Assembly: GCA_947170465.1 (NCBI GenBank)
Contig: CAMVTS010000001.1
Location: forward strand, 3,664-67,663
Length of the DNA stretch: 64,000 nt
Direction of reading: 5' to 3'
Source of the DNA: an uncultured Clostridia bacterium
Lineage (GTDB): Bacteria > Bacillota > Clostridia > Oscillospirales > Acutalibacteraceae
The translations under genes were made by a program, and so were the position numbers. Shown here one piece after another: positions 1-8,867 of this stretch (positions are counted from its first letter, which is position 1; each line of letters starts with the position of its first letter). Under the pieces are notes generated by a model, which did no database searches, was not told where the DNA came from, and saw only the letters and a program-made list of their open reading frames with translations.

Positions 1-1039
1 GGAACAGCTTGCCGCGAATCATCGAGCGTGTGCTGCTGTCCAGCCGGGTAAAGGATTTCAGAATCTTGCCGCCGCTTTTCAGCCACTTTTCCGCCAGCTC
101 GTCAAAGGTTTCGTGCTCCGTGCTTTTGAGAAGGTCGAACAGCCCTTCCACAAACTGCTGGCGTTCCTCGTGCGTCATTTCTCCGACAAAGCTCGTCAGC
201 GTCTGGTCGAAAAACGCGCTGGTTTTGTTGGTGGCAGGTATTTTGACAAACTGATCGCGCTCAATCATCCATGTGTAGAGGTCATGCTGCCAGAGATTGT
301 GCTCCACGCTCTGCACCACCACGCACTTGTCCTCGTGACCGAACATCTTGCCGATGACCGAGGACTGCGGCATATAGGTGACGGTGCGCTCCCTGATTTG
401 CTCAAAGGCGCTGTCCGCCAGATGCTCCGGCTCAATGCCGGGACCGTCCATGTTGTAAATCGCGCGGACGCTCTCACGCGCCGCTTCGCCGCAGAAGGAG
501 GCGGTGTAAATCGCCACGTTACCGCCCTTTGAATGACCGCCGAGCAGCCATTCGCCGCCGAGCGCTGCGTAAGCCGCCTCAAAATACCGCAGCGCCTCTG
601 TCTGAGACGGCACCGGAAACTCATAAAACAGGTTGAAATCCTCCTGCCAGCCGACCAGCGACTTATCCGTGCCGCGATAGGAGAGAAAGCGCAGCCCTTC
701 CTCCAGCTCAATAATGAGCGCACCAAACTGCATGGTCGTTTCTTCATCAATGCGGTTGACAAAGCCGCTCAGCTTCAGATTTTGATAGCGACCGCAATCC
801 TTGATGATTTGCATCAGCTGGTCGTCGCCCTTCCAGAGATAATCGGAAGGCTTTTTGGTGGCTAGCGCCCGTTCAGCCGCTTCCCCGAGCGTAATCGTCT
901 GCGCAAAGTCCGCGCTGACAACCACGTCCAGCGGCAGATAGGAAAGCCTTGTCATCACCGCCGCGTCCAGCTCGCAGAAGGGGATTTTATCCAGCGGCAG
1001 ATCGCCGCGCCATTCAAGATAATCAAACAGATTCGCCAT
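1..1039 (-). CDS. Mbeg1-like (DUF2974) alpha/beta-hydrolase family protein, 3' end cut by window edge
   Basis: Not in the ORF track because there is no stop inside the window. My minus-strand translation from ATG 1039..1037 reads MANLFDYLEWRGDLPLDKIPFCELDAAVMTRLSYLPLD...FLSYRGTDKSLVGWQEDFN...LLGGHSKGGNVAIY (GxSxG elbow) and stays open to position 1. The listed ORFs in 9..865 are shadow frames. Confidence 0.75.
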   Translation of the reverse strand, partial: MANLFDYLEWRGDLPLDKIPFCELDAAVMTRLSYLPLDVVVSADFAQTITLGEAAERALATKKPSDYLWKGDDQLMQIIKDCGRYQNLKLSGFVNRIDEETTMQFGALIIELEEGLRFLSYRGTDKSLVGWQEDFNLFYEFPVPSQTEALRYFEAAYAALGGEWLLGGHSKGGNVAIYTASFCGEAARESVRAIYNMDGPGIEPEHLADSAFEQIRERTVTYMPQSSVIGKMFGHEDKCVVVQSVEHNLWQHDLYTWMIERDQFVKIPATNKTSAFFDQTLTSFVGEMTHEERQQFVEGLFDLLKSTEHETFDELAEKWLKSGGKILKSFTRLDSSTRSMIRGKLF

Positions 1040-2180
1040 GCTTTTTCACTTCCAGGTATTCGTCGGTATCATCGTGTTCGGGCTCCACTCTTTCTGCGTC
1101 CGCCTTCTTTTTGCCCTTGGTGTAGTAGGAGAAGGGAGCCGTCAGGAGCATGGCGCCGTAGTAGGTGATAAAGCGCCACAGCAGAATTGCCGGCTTGATT
1201 TTGCTGACCTTGCCGAGGACGAAATAGGGGCGATAATACATGGAGAACGCCAGCTCAGCGCCGCCGGAAGCGCCCGGAAGAGGTACGAGATTCGAGGTAA
1301 AGAGCACAAAGCTCTGAATACAGATAAAGTCAAAGAAATTGCCGGCCGGCACACCGGCTGCCCTTGCCGCCGCCGGCATATCGAAGGCGATATAGATGAA
1401 GTACGGCACGCTCAGAATACAGATAAACTGCACAAACACGAGCACGAAAATTTTAATCATGCGCTTTTTGTCCTTCATCAGCATGCGGTTGGACGAGTGG
1501 AACATGCGGAACTCTCTGGTAATTTTGCGGATTTTCCGGTGAGGATCCTTCATAAACGGCAGCGCCACCAAAATCCGGTAAATCAGACGAATCAGCTTTT
1601 TGGTGACGTTCTCCGCAAAGCAGACCACCAAAAACAGCGCTGTCACGCCAATCTGCGACAAAAAGCCCAGCACAATAAACGCCGACGACCAGAAGTTGGT
1701 GAACGCCGTCTGGAAGTAGCCGAACTTCATGATCACCGCGAACACGCTGAACGAGGTGGTGACGAGCTGATAGACGATAAACTTCTGCGTCAGGCAGGCG
1801 GAGCCGAAGCCTATCCGCACATTTTTCTTTGAAAGAAAATAAAGCTGCATAGGCTGACCGCCGGTATTCGACGGCGTGACCGCGCCGAAGAACACGCCGA
1901 CAAAGGCGACCTTGAGCGAGTCGATAAACCGGAAGGCAGGATATTCCGCCGTGAGATAAATCTGCGTGACAACCGCGTCAATTACCATGTTGAGGTCAAA
2001 CACGCCAAGACCGACCAGAATCCAGCCCCATTTGAAGTTGTCGGGCTTTTTGAGCAGGTCAATCAGACCGTCCTCTGTGACGACGAAGTTATAAATCAGG
2101 TATATCGAGAGTGCGGCGACGATGATATTGAAAATCACCGTGCCGTTAATCTTAAATTTACGCTTCTTCTTCGGTTCCAA
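1023..2180 (-). CDS. flippase-like / lysylphosphatidylglycerol-synthase-TM (UPF0104) family membrane protein
   Basis: 385-aa ORF, polytopic. Has a Lys-rich N-terminus (MEPKKKRKFK) and a Gly-rich LVPLPGASGGAELAF segment typical of this family. Its stop overlaps the start of the downstream gene by 17 nt. Confidence 0.6.
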   Translation of the reverse strand: MEPKKKRKFKINGTVIFNIIVAALSIYLIYNFVVTEDGLIDLLKKPDNFKWGWILVGLGVFDLNMVIDAVVTQIYLTAEYPAFRFIDSLKVAFVGVFFGAVTPSNTGGQPMQLYFLSKKNVRIGFGSACLTQKFIVYQLVTTSFSVFAVIMKFGYFQTAFTNFWSSAFIVLGFLSQIGVTALFLVVCFAENVTKKLIRLIYRILVALPFMKDPHRKIRKITREFRMFHSSNRMLMKDKKRMIKIFVLVFVQFICILSVPYFIYIAFDMPAAARAAGVPAGNFFDFICIQSFVLFTSNLVPLPGASGGAELAFSMYYRPYFVLGKVSKIKPAILLWRFITYYGAMLLTAPFSYYTKGKKKADAERVEPEHDDTDEYLEVKKHGESV

Positions 2181-2338
2181 AAGAATCTTCTCCTAAAGAA
2201 ATTATATATACTACTAATATACCATTTTTCATAGGAGAATTGCAACTACAAACTTGTAACTATTATCGGCTTGAGGAATTTGACTTGTAATCGCTCTCGC
2301 GGTGTGCTACAATAGTATTAGTAAGGACAGGTGAGAGC

Positions 2339-2794
2339 ATGAGTTTTTTTGATGTGGTCAATCTTTGGGGACTGCTGTTCGCGGCGGTGCTCGTTGCGCC
2401 GCATGTGCTGTGGGCGAAAACGCACGACCGTGACGTCAGCGGCTTTTCCAACCGCGCGATGGTCTATATCGACCGCATAGGCAGGTTTTTCAGCGTATTG
2501 CTGATGGCAGTGAACATCGGCGTGCTCGAAAAGGGCTTTCCGGAGCCAAAGGCGCTGATGGAGCGCTTCTGGCTGATAACGACGGCGGTGCTTATCGCGG
2601 CGTACCTGCTGTGCTGGTTCCTGCTCTTCAAAACAGAGAAAAAGGGCGCGGCGCTTGCCGTCACCCTGATTTCTGCGGCGATTGTCATATTCAGCGGCAT
2701 TTTGCAGGTCAAAATCCTGCTGGTGACCGCCGGCATCGTCTATCTCATCGGCGAACTCTACATGCTCAACCAATATTTCAGGCAAAATCACTGA
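2339..2794 (+). CDS. hypothetical membrane protein (4 hydrophobic segments)
   Basis: 151-aa ORF with host-like codon usage. Candidate promoter TTGTAA(2285-2290)-17-TACAAT(2308-2313) with TG extension, and RBS AGGTGAG. No family recognised. Confidence 0.55.
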   Translation: MSFFDVVNLWGLLFAAVLVAPHVLWAKTHDRDVSGFSNRAMVYIDRIGRFFSVLLMAVNIGVLEKGFPEPKALMERFWLITTAVLIAAYLLCWFLLFKTEKKGAALAVTLISAAIVIFSGILQVKILLVTAGIVYLIGELYMLNQYFRQNH

Positions 2795-2803
2795 GGCAAA
2801 ATC

Positions 2804-3211
2804 ATGAACGTATTAATGCTGCTCAAACCCAAGGATACTGTACAGTATCTCCGCGAATCCAACACACTGCGCCAAGGCTTGGAGAAAATGCGCGTCCACA
2901 GCTACACCGCGATACCGGTGATTTCGGACGACGGCAAGTACGTCGGCACCGTCAGCGAGGGCGACTTCCTCTATTTCATTCTCGACAGGCGCGACAACTC
3001 TATCAAGACCAAGGAACAACACCATATCCGCGATATTCTCCGCCCGAATTTTAATCCGGCGGTGCGGATTGACGTCACCATGGACGCGCTCCTCGAACGC
3101 GCGCTCAACCAGAACTTTGTTCCGGTGACGGACGACTACGGCGTATTCATCGGCATCGTCACCCGGCAGGACATCATCCGTCAGTTTATTCAAATGAACA
3201 ATCAGGAATGA
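2804..3211 (+). CDS. CBS domain pair protein
   Basis: 135 aa. Two CBS-like repeats (AIPVISDDGKYVGTVSEGDFL ; FVPVTDDYGVFIGIVTRQDII). Confidence 0.8.
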   Translation: MNVLMLLKPKDTVQYLRESNTLRQGLEKMRVHSYTAIPVISDDGKYVGTVSEGDFLYFILDRRDNSIKTKEQHHIRDILRPNFNPAVRIDVTMDALLERALNQNFVPVTDDYGVFIGIVTRQDIIRQFIQMNNQE

Positions 3212-3270
3212 TAGTTGAAAAAGCCGTCCTCATTTCCGTGATATTCTTAACGGAGAATTAGGTGGCAGTG

Positions 3271-3308
3271 ATACCCTGAAGGTTTGAAGTTACCTTCAGG
3301 GTATTTTT
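3271..3308 (+). terminator. intrinsic terminator-like hairpin at the left island junction
   Basis: ataccctgaaggt-ttgaagt-accttcagggtat followed by ttttt. Lies 60 nt after the CBS stop and 5 nt before the recombinase stop. Confidence 0.5.
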
Positions 3309-3312
3309 CTGT

Positions 3313-4923
3313 TTAGTTTTTGTCTAACTGGAATGTGTACTGAATGACAATTGTGTTGCCGCAGGTGCGCGAATATCTGATTTCCTTTTCGTAGACATCG
3401 ATTCGTTTGATGAAAGCACGGAGAATTTCGGGAGTGAGCTTTTCAATGTTAATATACTCTTTCGCTTTTGCGATGAAATCCTTAACGTATTTCTCCTGTA
3501 AATCAATCTCATTGATTTTCTTGTTGAGTACGTTCAGCTTTGAACGAATCTGCGCTTGTTCTTCTTCGTAGCCTGACGCGAGGAAATCATAGCGTTCCGG
3601 AGTGATACGTCCGACCACTCTGTCCTCGTAGAGACAACGGATGATGTTGTCAAGCTCGTGAAGCCGAGTGGTCAACTGTGATTTTTCTTTTTCTGCCGAA
3701 GCATAATACTTCTTAGCTTCGGCTTTTCCTTTCTCGGTTGCCATGGCATAAAACTCATCACTATGGGTGTTTGCCAACGCTATCATGGATTTCAACTGCG
3801 TGAGAACGATTGTGTCAAGTACTTGTTCCTTGATATGATGACCCGTACACCTTGATTTTCCTTGTTGATAACCGCCGCACTGAAAGTAGTTTTTCTCTGT
3901 CGGCATTGTTTTCGAACGGTGGAGATACATTCGCTTGCCGCAATCTCCACAGTAAAGATAACCGGCATATTTATCCATGTTTCCTTTGGTATCTGGTCGT
4001 TTCCTACCTTCAAAATGTTTTTGTACGATATCAAAGGTCTTTCTGTCGATAATTGCTTCGTGGGTATTTTCAAAGATAAGAATATTCTCAGGCTCGTTTT
4101 TGATGCGCTTCTTTAACTTATTTGACTTTGTATAAGTCTTGAAGTTGACTGTATCGCCAACGTAGAATCTGTTTGAAAGCATCCTTCGTATTGTCGTGAT
4201 AGACCACTGATATGGATTATCAAGGTCAAGTTTTCCACTTCGACTGCCTGTAGTTTTGAACGTATACACGCTTGGAGAAAGAACTTTGTGTTCGTCAAAT
4301 ATATTACAGATTTTGCGTATCCCGATTCCGCTTGCGTACAAATCGAAGATTTCTTTTACAATCGGCGCGGTTTCAGGGTTGGGAATCCATTCTCTTGGAT
4401 TGTCAGGGTTGCGCATATATCCGTAAGGAACCGTTGTGCTGATTCTTTCGCCGCGCTCACCTTTTGAACGAATAACAGCCCTTATCTTTTTGCTGGTATC
4501 TCTGGCGTAAAAATCGTTGAAATAATTTTTGATACCTGAGAAGTCGCTTTCACCATAAAGGCTGTCAACGCCGTCGTTGATTGCAATAAAACGCACATCA
4601 TACTGCGGAAATGTTATCTCCATCAACATTCCTGTCTGAAGATAATCTCTGCCGAGACGCGACTGGTCTTTGACGATAACGGTTCCAACCTTGCCCGCGT
4701 AAACGTCATCCATCATTTGCTTGTAGCCCGGACGGTTGAAGTTTGCGCCGGAGTAACCGTCGTCAACATAATAATGGCAGTTGTGAAGATTATGGTCGTC
4801 AGCGAACTTTTTGGTAATGATTTTTTGATTGGATATGCTATTTGATTCGCCCTCGCGCTCGTCCTCTTGTGAGAGTCGGCAGTAGAGAGCGGTAATCAAT
4901 TGGTTTGAATTTGTTGTTAACAA
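3313..4923 (-). CDS. large serine recombinase (resolvase/recombinase/zinc-ribbon/coiled-coil)
   Basis: Contains ALYCRLSQEDE (Ser nucleophile), VIVKDQSRLGRD, zinc ribbon YLYCGDCGKRM...FQCGG...CTGH and a C-terminal coiled coil. The track ORF runs to TTG 4983. I prefer TTG 4923, which has GGAAAGGAAGG 6 nt upstream. Confidence 0.9.
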   Translation of the reverse strand: MLTTNSNQLITALYCRLSQEDEREGESNSISNQKIITKKFADDHNLHNCHYYVDDGYSGANFNRPGYKQMMDDVYAGKVGTVIVKDQSRLGRDYLQTGMLMEITFPQYDVRFIAINDGVDSLYGESDFSGIKNYFNDFYARDTSKKIRAVIRSKGERGERISTTVPYGYMRNPDNPREWIPNPETAPIVKEIFDLYASGIGIRKICNIFDEHKVLSPSVYTFKTTGSRSGKLDLDNPYQWSITTIRRMLSNRFYVGDTVNFKTYTKSNKLKKRIKNEPENILIFENTHEAIIDRKTFDIVQKHFEGRKRPDTKGNMDKYAGYLYCGDCGKRMYLHRSKTMPTEKNYFQCGGYQQGKSRCTGHHIKEQVLDTIVLTQLKSMIALANTHSDEFYAMATEKGKAEAKKYYASAEKEKSQLTTRLHELDNIIRCLYEDRVVGRITPERYDFLASGYEEEQAQIRSKLNVLNKKINEIDLQEKYVKDFIAKAKEYINIEKLTPEILRAFIKRIDVYEKEIRYSRTCGNTIVIQYTFQLDKN

Positions 4924-5032
4924 TTTGAACCTTCCTTTCCGAATGCAGCCACTCTGAAATTCAAACCGAATAGGATACAGCAACAGGATACCCTAACTCG
5001 GCTTGAATGTCCAGAGATTTAGCTGTATTTTT

Positions 5033-5212
5033 TTACTTTCCAGTGATTAAATATTTGATAGTGTCACTGACGGTTGGTGCGTCAGCGGTAGGGTTTACAG
5101 AAACAATCTCGTAAGTTGCGCCGTTAACCGTCATGATGGTTGTGCTAAAGAGATTCCTTCTGTAAAAATCAGTGTTGTTATTTAGCGTAATTGTACTGAA
5201 TTCTTTGTCCAT
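5033..5212 (-). CDS. TnpW-like small transposon protein (59 aa, below ORF-track cutoff)
   Basis: My translation: MDKEFSTITLNNNTDFYRRNLFSTTIMTVNGATYEIVSVNPTADAPTVSDTIKYLITGK. RBS GAGGAAAGG. Its position between the relaxase and the recombinase, and its sequence style, resemble Tn4451 TnpW (from memory). Confidence 0.5.
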   Translation of the reverse strand: MDKEFSTITLNNNTDFYRRNLFSTTIMTVNGATYEIVSVNPTADAPTVSDTIKYLITGK

Positions 5213-5334
5213 AAAGTCCTTTCCTCGCCGTAGTAAATACAGCGAATTGTTTTGATAATTTTATTAATGACGTAGTTGGTTTTGAAACAAAACCGGTTCA
5301 TATTTGACATCAATCCTTTCTAAAAATGTTTTGT

Positions 5335-6285
5335 TTAGTAACTTTGTGAGATACCCTGCTCTCGTTCATAGTCCTCACGGGTGCAGTAGGCGTGGAAGGC
5401 TTCGTTGGAAATCTTTCGTCCGAGGATTTTTTCGAGACGGAGTTTTTCTATTGTGTTCATTTCTTTGATATAATGCGGCTGATAATAGTAGTCCGCAGGC
5501 ACGGATGAAAGAATATCTCCGAGGAGATTGAACAGTCCGTCGGTGCTTGTCATCGTAAAGCTGTCGTCGTGGTACGGCGTAACATAGTCGCAGTAGGTGT
5601 CGAGCATTTCACCGTCACAGCCGCCCATGGCGAAGTACAATTCCAGATTGTTTTTCATAAAACGCTCGTCGAAAAGTTTATTGTCACGGACTTTGTAACC
5701 TTCCGGCGTGGTGAAGGTGATATATTTATACTTGTCCTCCCACTGCACCTTGTAGCCGTGTTCGCGCATATACTCAATGAATTCTTCCTTCGTTGCCGAC
5801 CAGCCGATTGCGTAGGAAGCGGTTTCAATCAGGTCACGCTTCCATCTGGCGTTGCGAGGATTTTTGGTTTTGGTCTCAGTAACGCTCAGTCCATACTCAC
5901 GGCAGAGCTGATTGGAATACTCCTTTGCCTGCAGCATTTCGTCGCGGCTCTGATGAAATTTCTTGCCGTTCTCAAAGCTGACGCTGTTCATAATCAGGTG
6001 GTTATGGATAGCATGAGTGTTCGTGTGCGTAGCGACAAGGACTTGAAATCTGGGAAAGTATTCCGCAAACTTCAAGCCGATTTCGTGCGCGGTCTTGGGA
6101 GTTAGATTGTCATCAGGTGAGAACGACTGCACTATATGATAGTAACTCCTGTCGTCCTCTTTGTGAAAACGCTTTTTCACAAACCGGAATTCTTCGAGCG
6201 TGCTCTCGGGTGAACAGTTGACGCCGCTGATTAATTTGCTCTCTGTCGCCTCACGGCGAGTCACATAATCAAAAATATTGTTCAT
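5335..6285 (-). CDS. MobA/VirD2-family relaxase (mobilization nuclease)
   Basis: Has the 3-His motif region HTNTHAIHNHLIMNSV and YYHIVQSF. ATG 6285 forms an ATGA overlap with the mobC stop. The track ORF extends to TTG 6321. Confidence 0.85.
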   Translation of the reverse strand: MNNIFDYVTRREATESKLISGVNCSPESTLEEFRFVKKRFHKEDDRSYYHIVQSFSPDDNLTPKTAHEIGLKFAEYFPRFQVLVATHTNTHAIHNHLIMNSVSFENGKKFHQSRDEMLQAKEYSNQLCREYGLSVTETKTKNPRNARWKRDLIETASYAIGWSATKEEFIEYMREHGYKVQWEDKYKYITFTTPEGYKVRDNKLFDERFMKNNLELYFAMGGCDGEMLDTYCDYVTPYHDDSFTMTSTDGLFNLLGDILSSVPADYYYQPHYIKEMNTIEKLRLEKILGRKISNEAFHAYCTREDYEREQGISQSY

Positions 6286-6599
6286 CGGACTTCCTGCGTT
6301 AACGAATTTAACAACTGCCAAAGCCTTGCCACCTCCTCTCTCGTTTCTCTCAAATCGACTTCGTAACAGTAGCCGGAGTTGACCGCTCTCGTCAGTTGGT
6401 TGAGGTTGTTTCCGATTTTTCTCAGCTCATTGGCGGCTTCATCTACGCCTTTGACAACGACAATTTTCTTGTCAAGCGCGCAATCACGCAGATACATGCT
6501 CGGCGTTCGGTAGGAAGAGTACGCTTTTTCTTCGATGATTTCTCTCTGCTCGGGTGTGACTCTCGTTGAAATGATTTCGGTTTTCGGTTGCTTTTTCAA
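6282..6599 (-). CDS. mobC: MobC-family relaxosome accessory protein (RHH)
   Basis: 105 aa. ISTRVTPEQREIIEEKA (RHH-like) and GNNLNQLTRAVN motif. Confidence 0.85.
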   Translation of the reverse strand: MKKQPKTEIISTRVTPEQREIIEEKAYSSYRTPSMYLRDCALDKKIVVVKGVDEAANELRKIGNNLNQLTRAVNSGYCYEVDLRETREEVARLWQLLNSLTQEVR

Positions 6600-6936
6600 A
6601 ATTAATACCTCCTTGGTTTTTCAAAATAGGGGCGCGGGCCTAGCTCGCATCCGCCTTTGCGGCCGCCCGAAAGAGGGCGGTCGTAATACAAAGGCGAAAC
6701 TGGCAATAAACCATTCACATCGGTGAATTGATATTTTAAATATCACGGCAGAAAAGGATATATCCTAAAAAAGTGTAACCCGTGTAACTTAGCAGCTGTC
6801 ACCCATGTTCATCACGTTTTTACAAAAGCAAAAGTGTAACCTTAAGGTAACTTTCAACACCTTTGGTTACACTTTTTGTTTTGGCTTTTCACAGCGTTTA
6901 AGCCGGTTTTGAAAGGCGGTTACACCTTTACACGGA
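6600..6936. promoter_or_regulatory. palindrome/iteron-dense non-coding region; candidate oriT and mob promoter
   Basis: GC hairpin ccgccc-gaaaga-gggcgg (6663-6680). 8-bp IR tgatattt/aaatatca (6728-6744). Palindrome aggatatatcct (6755-6766). GTGTAAC at 6773, 6782 and 6834, and inverted GTTACAC at 6866 and 6919. 12-bp IR aaaagtgtaacc/ggttacactttt (6830-6841 / 6865-6876). Confidence 0.4.
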
Positions 6937-8700
6937 TTATCCATACATATCAGCTATTGCGTTCGCCTCGCGTTTTTTCAGAACAATCACCCTGATGGTT
7001 TTCGTTCCTACTTTTATTACCTTTGTGTTTTTGTCGCCTGTTTCAATCAGCTTTTCTTCCGCAAGCGCTTTAATCAAACCGTTCTTTGAGATAGAAAATG
7101 TTTCACCCTGTTCCTCACAAAATTTTCTGACAGCCTTATGCGCCGCGTCGGAAATCAAATAGAAATAATCGCTGTCTTCGTAGCCGATAAAACCAATCGG
7201 TGTGTAGCCATCAAAATTATCTCTGCCGATAACCACAGCCTGTCCGCTCTCGAGCAGAGAGTACAGCTTTTGTATAAACACATGCGAAGGTCTGTCCTGC
7301 TCAATGGAATTGCTCTGCTTTTTCGCAAGCTCATAAACACAGTTCTTAAATTCGTCCATTGTCTGACGGCTTTCTTCAACTGAGATGATTTCGTGACTTT
7401 CCATAAACAGCAGAAAGAAACTCATTCCGATTAATAGCCACGCGACATTTTCGGGGACTCTGCCGTGACAGCGGATTTTTGATTTCATAAATTCATCACG
7501 GTAAAACTCAAAGCTTTGCTTCAGCGTTTTTACGAACTGTTTTTTCGTGTCGTCATCTTTGAGAAAGGTCTGCCGTATCCATTCGGTATAAGCAAACATA
7601 CAACGGCGGAGCGTACCGTTTTCGGCTTCACGTTGGAAAATGGATAGGTTCTCTAAATTAACGTCGCCGCTTTTCAGCTCCAACGGAAAGTATCTTGCCG
7701 TTCCGCTTTCGCCGATGTTTGGAGCAAACTCCGCTGTTACAATAGCGTTGCCCTGAGGCGGCCGCGATTCCATGGGAGAGGAATCGGACTTTAACCTTCC
7801 TTTGCCGATTCTGTCTCCGTAACCGCGCATGACTGCCTGAGCGGTTGCGTTCAGCTTTGCTTCTTCCTGTCTGCTGCCGGGGTGATAATCGTCAATGCAA
7901 GTCAGCACGTCCTTGAGAGAAAACGCGTGGTGCATAATGCTGTTGGCGGTATCCCGAAATGATAACGGCAAATCTGACGCGCTGAATCTTCCGAAGAACG
8001 AAAGGAACAATGCCGCAAGCGTGCTTTTTCTCGTCCCTGTGTGACCGAGCAGAAAGAGAACAAACTTCGGCTCGCAGTTTGCCTGATGAAGAAACTCATT
8101 CAAAGGCGAGAGGAAGGTAAATGCAAGGAGCGTCAGTGTGATTTCTTTCGGAGCGAATAAAAACTCGTCTGTCATAAACCATACCGTTGACAAATCCTGC
8201 TCCGACCATTCACTTGCCTTTTCATAGCGGCTCAACTTTCCCGGAAGTTTCACATCACATTCGCTGTCGTTCGGAAGAAGGTATTTCCACCCGTCGTCAA
8301 TCTTCTTCCACCCTGTGACCGCGAACAGAGTTTTCTTGTCCGCGTCAACTGCCGTCAGCTGAATTGCGTGTCGCACACTGTCCTTGACCGTTGTTCCCGG
8401 TTCGAGTACGCAGTCCGCTCCCCAGCGCTCTATCAGCCAGTTGAAGCTTGCAAGCTCCGCGCCCGCGATTTCTATCTCGGGCAAAGTTCTTCCGCTTGAA
8501 TGCTCTCCGCCGAGCTTCAGGCGTTTCGTATCCACCGCTCCGTCATCAAGAGTGATCTCACTGATGATTTTCGGAGTAAAGTTACACAGCTTACGTGAGT
8601 AAGTGTGATTTTTCTCGTTTACCTTTTTGTGGAGGCAACCGTCGACTATCTCATACGGCGATGGATACCGCAGAGACAGTTCTTTTGTTTTTTCGGGCAT
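6937..8700 (-). CDS. DUF927-like / superfamily-3-helicase-like P-loop NTPase (element replication/primase-helicase type)
   Basis: 587 aa. Walker A LLGHTGTRKST and Walker B-like VLTCIDDY. The N-terminal region is like DUF927 proteins of mobile elements (memory-based family call). Confidence 0.55.
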   Translation of the reverse strand: MPEKTKELSLRYPSPYEIVDGCLHKKVNEKNHTYSRKLCNFTPKIISEITLDDGAVDTKRLKLGGEHSSGRTLPEIEIAGAELASFNWLIERWGADCVLEPGTTVKDSVRHAIQLTAVDADKKTLFAVTGWKKIDDGWKYLLPNDSECDVKLPGKLSRYEKASEWSEQDLSTVWFMTDEFLFAPKEITLTLLAFTFLSPLNEFLHQANCEPKFVLFLLGHTGTRKSTLAALFLSFFGRFSASDLPLSFRDTANSIMHHAFSLKDVLTCIDDYHPGSRQEEAKLNATAQAVMRGYGDRIGKGRLKSDSSPMESRPPQGNAIVTAEFAPNIGESGTARYFPLELKSGDVNLENLSIFQREAENGTLRRCMFAYTEWIRQTFLKDDDTKKQFVKTLKQSFEFYRDEFMKSKIRCHGRVPENVAWLLIGMSFFLLFMESHEIISVEESRQTMDEFKNCVYELAKKQSNSIEQDRPSHVFIQKLYSLLESGQAVVIGRDNFDGYTPIGFIGYEDSDYFYLISDAAHKAVRKFCEEQGETFSISKNGLIKALAEEKLIETGDKNTKVIKVGTKTIRVIVLKKREANAIADMYG

Positions 8701-8816
8701 TTTAAAAAACCTCTTTCCTGATATATTCGGAATTTATCTTTCCAATATATAAATGTCAAAAATTTTAAAAAGTCTGCTTTTTGATATGACAAGTCAAAAA
8801 TCTTTCCTAAAAAGGG

Positions 8817-8845
8817 TTGTGACAGACAAACATTTGTGCTATAAT
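8817..8845 (+). promoter_or_regulatory. sigma-A-type promoter for the 8868 gene
   Basis: TTGTGA(8817-8822)-17-TATAAT(8840-8845) with TGc extension. GGAGG RBS before ATG 8868. Confidence 0.45.
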
Positions 8846-8867
8846 ATTGTCGAACGGAGGTTCTAAA

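Noticed and set aside
1038-1832. 264-aa plus-strand ORF, and the 9-865 ORFs at the left edge.
   Set aside because: These are shadow frames of the flippase-like gene and of the edge-truncated Mbeg1-like gene that I translated by hand.
3242-3250. The 9-mer tattcttaa at the left junction also occurs in both arms of the 25.03/25.17-kb palindromic element. The 8-mer ttttctgt occurs at both junctions. I considered these as direct-repeat att cores.
   Set aside because: Matches of 8-9 bp within a few hundred bp of AT-rich DNA are expected by chance. I estimate ~0.3-0.6 such matches. They are mentioned in findings only as leads, not called as att sites.
5213-5334. ~43-aa minus-strand ORF (MSNMNRFCFKTNYVINKII...) between the relaxase stop and the TnpW-like gene.
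   Set aside because: It has no convincing RBS and runs into the TnpW-like ORF out of frame. The region more likely holds the TnpW RBS and a small hairpin.
6773-6925. GTGTAAC heptamers contain TGTAAC, which matches the -35 of some ECF sigma promoters (sigma-X type). I considered them promoters for the element sigma factor.
   Set aside because: No CGTC/CGTA-like -10 lies at 16-17 nt downstream of any copy on either strand. The element sigma is not clearly ECF-type. They are kept as iteron/operator candidates instead.
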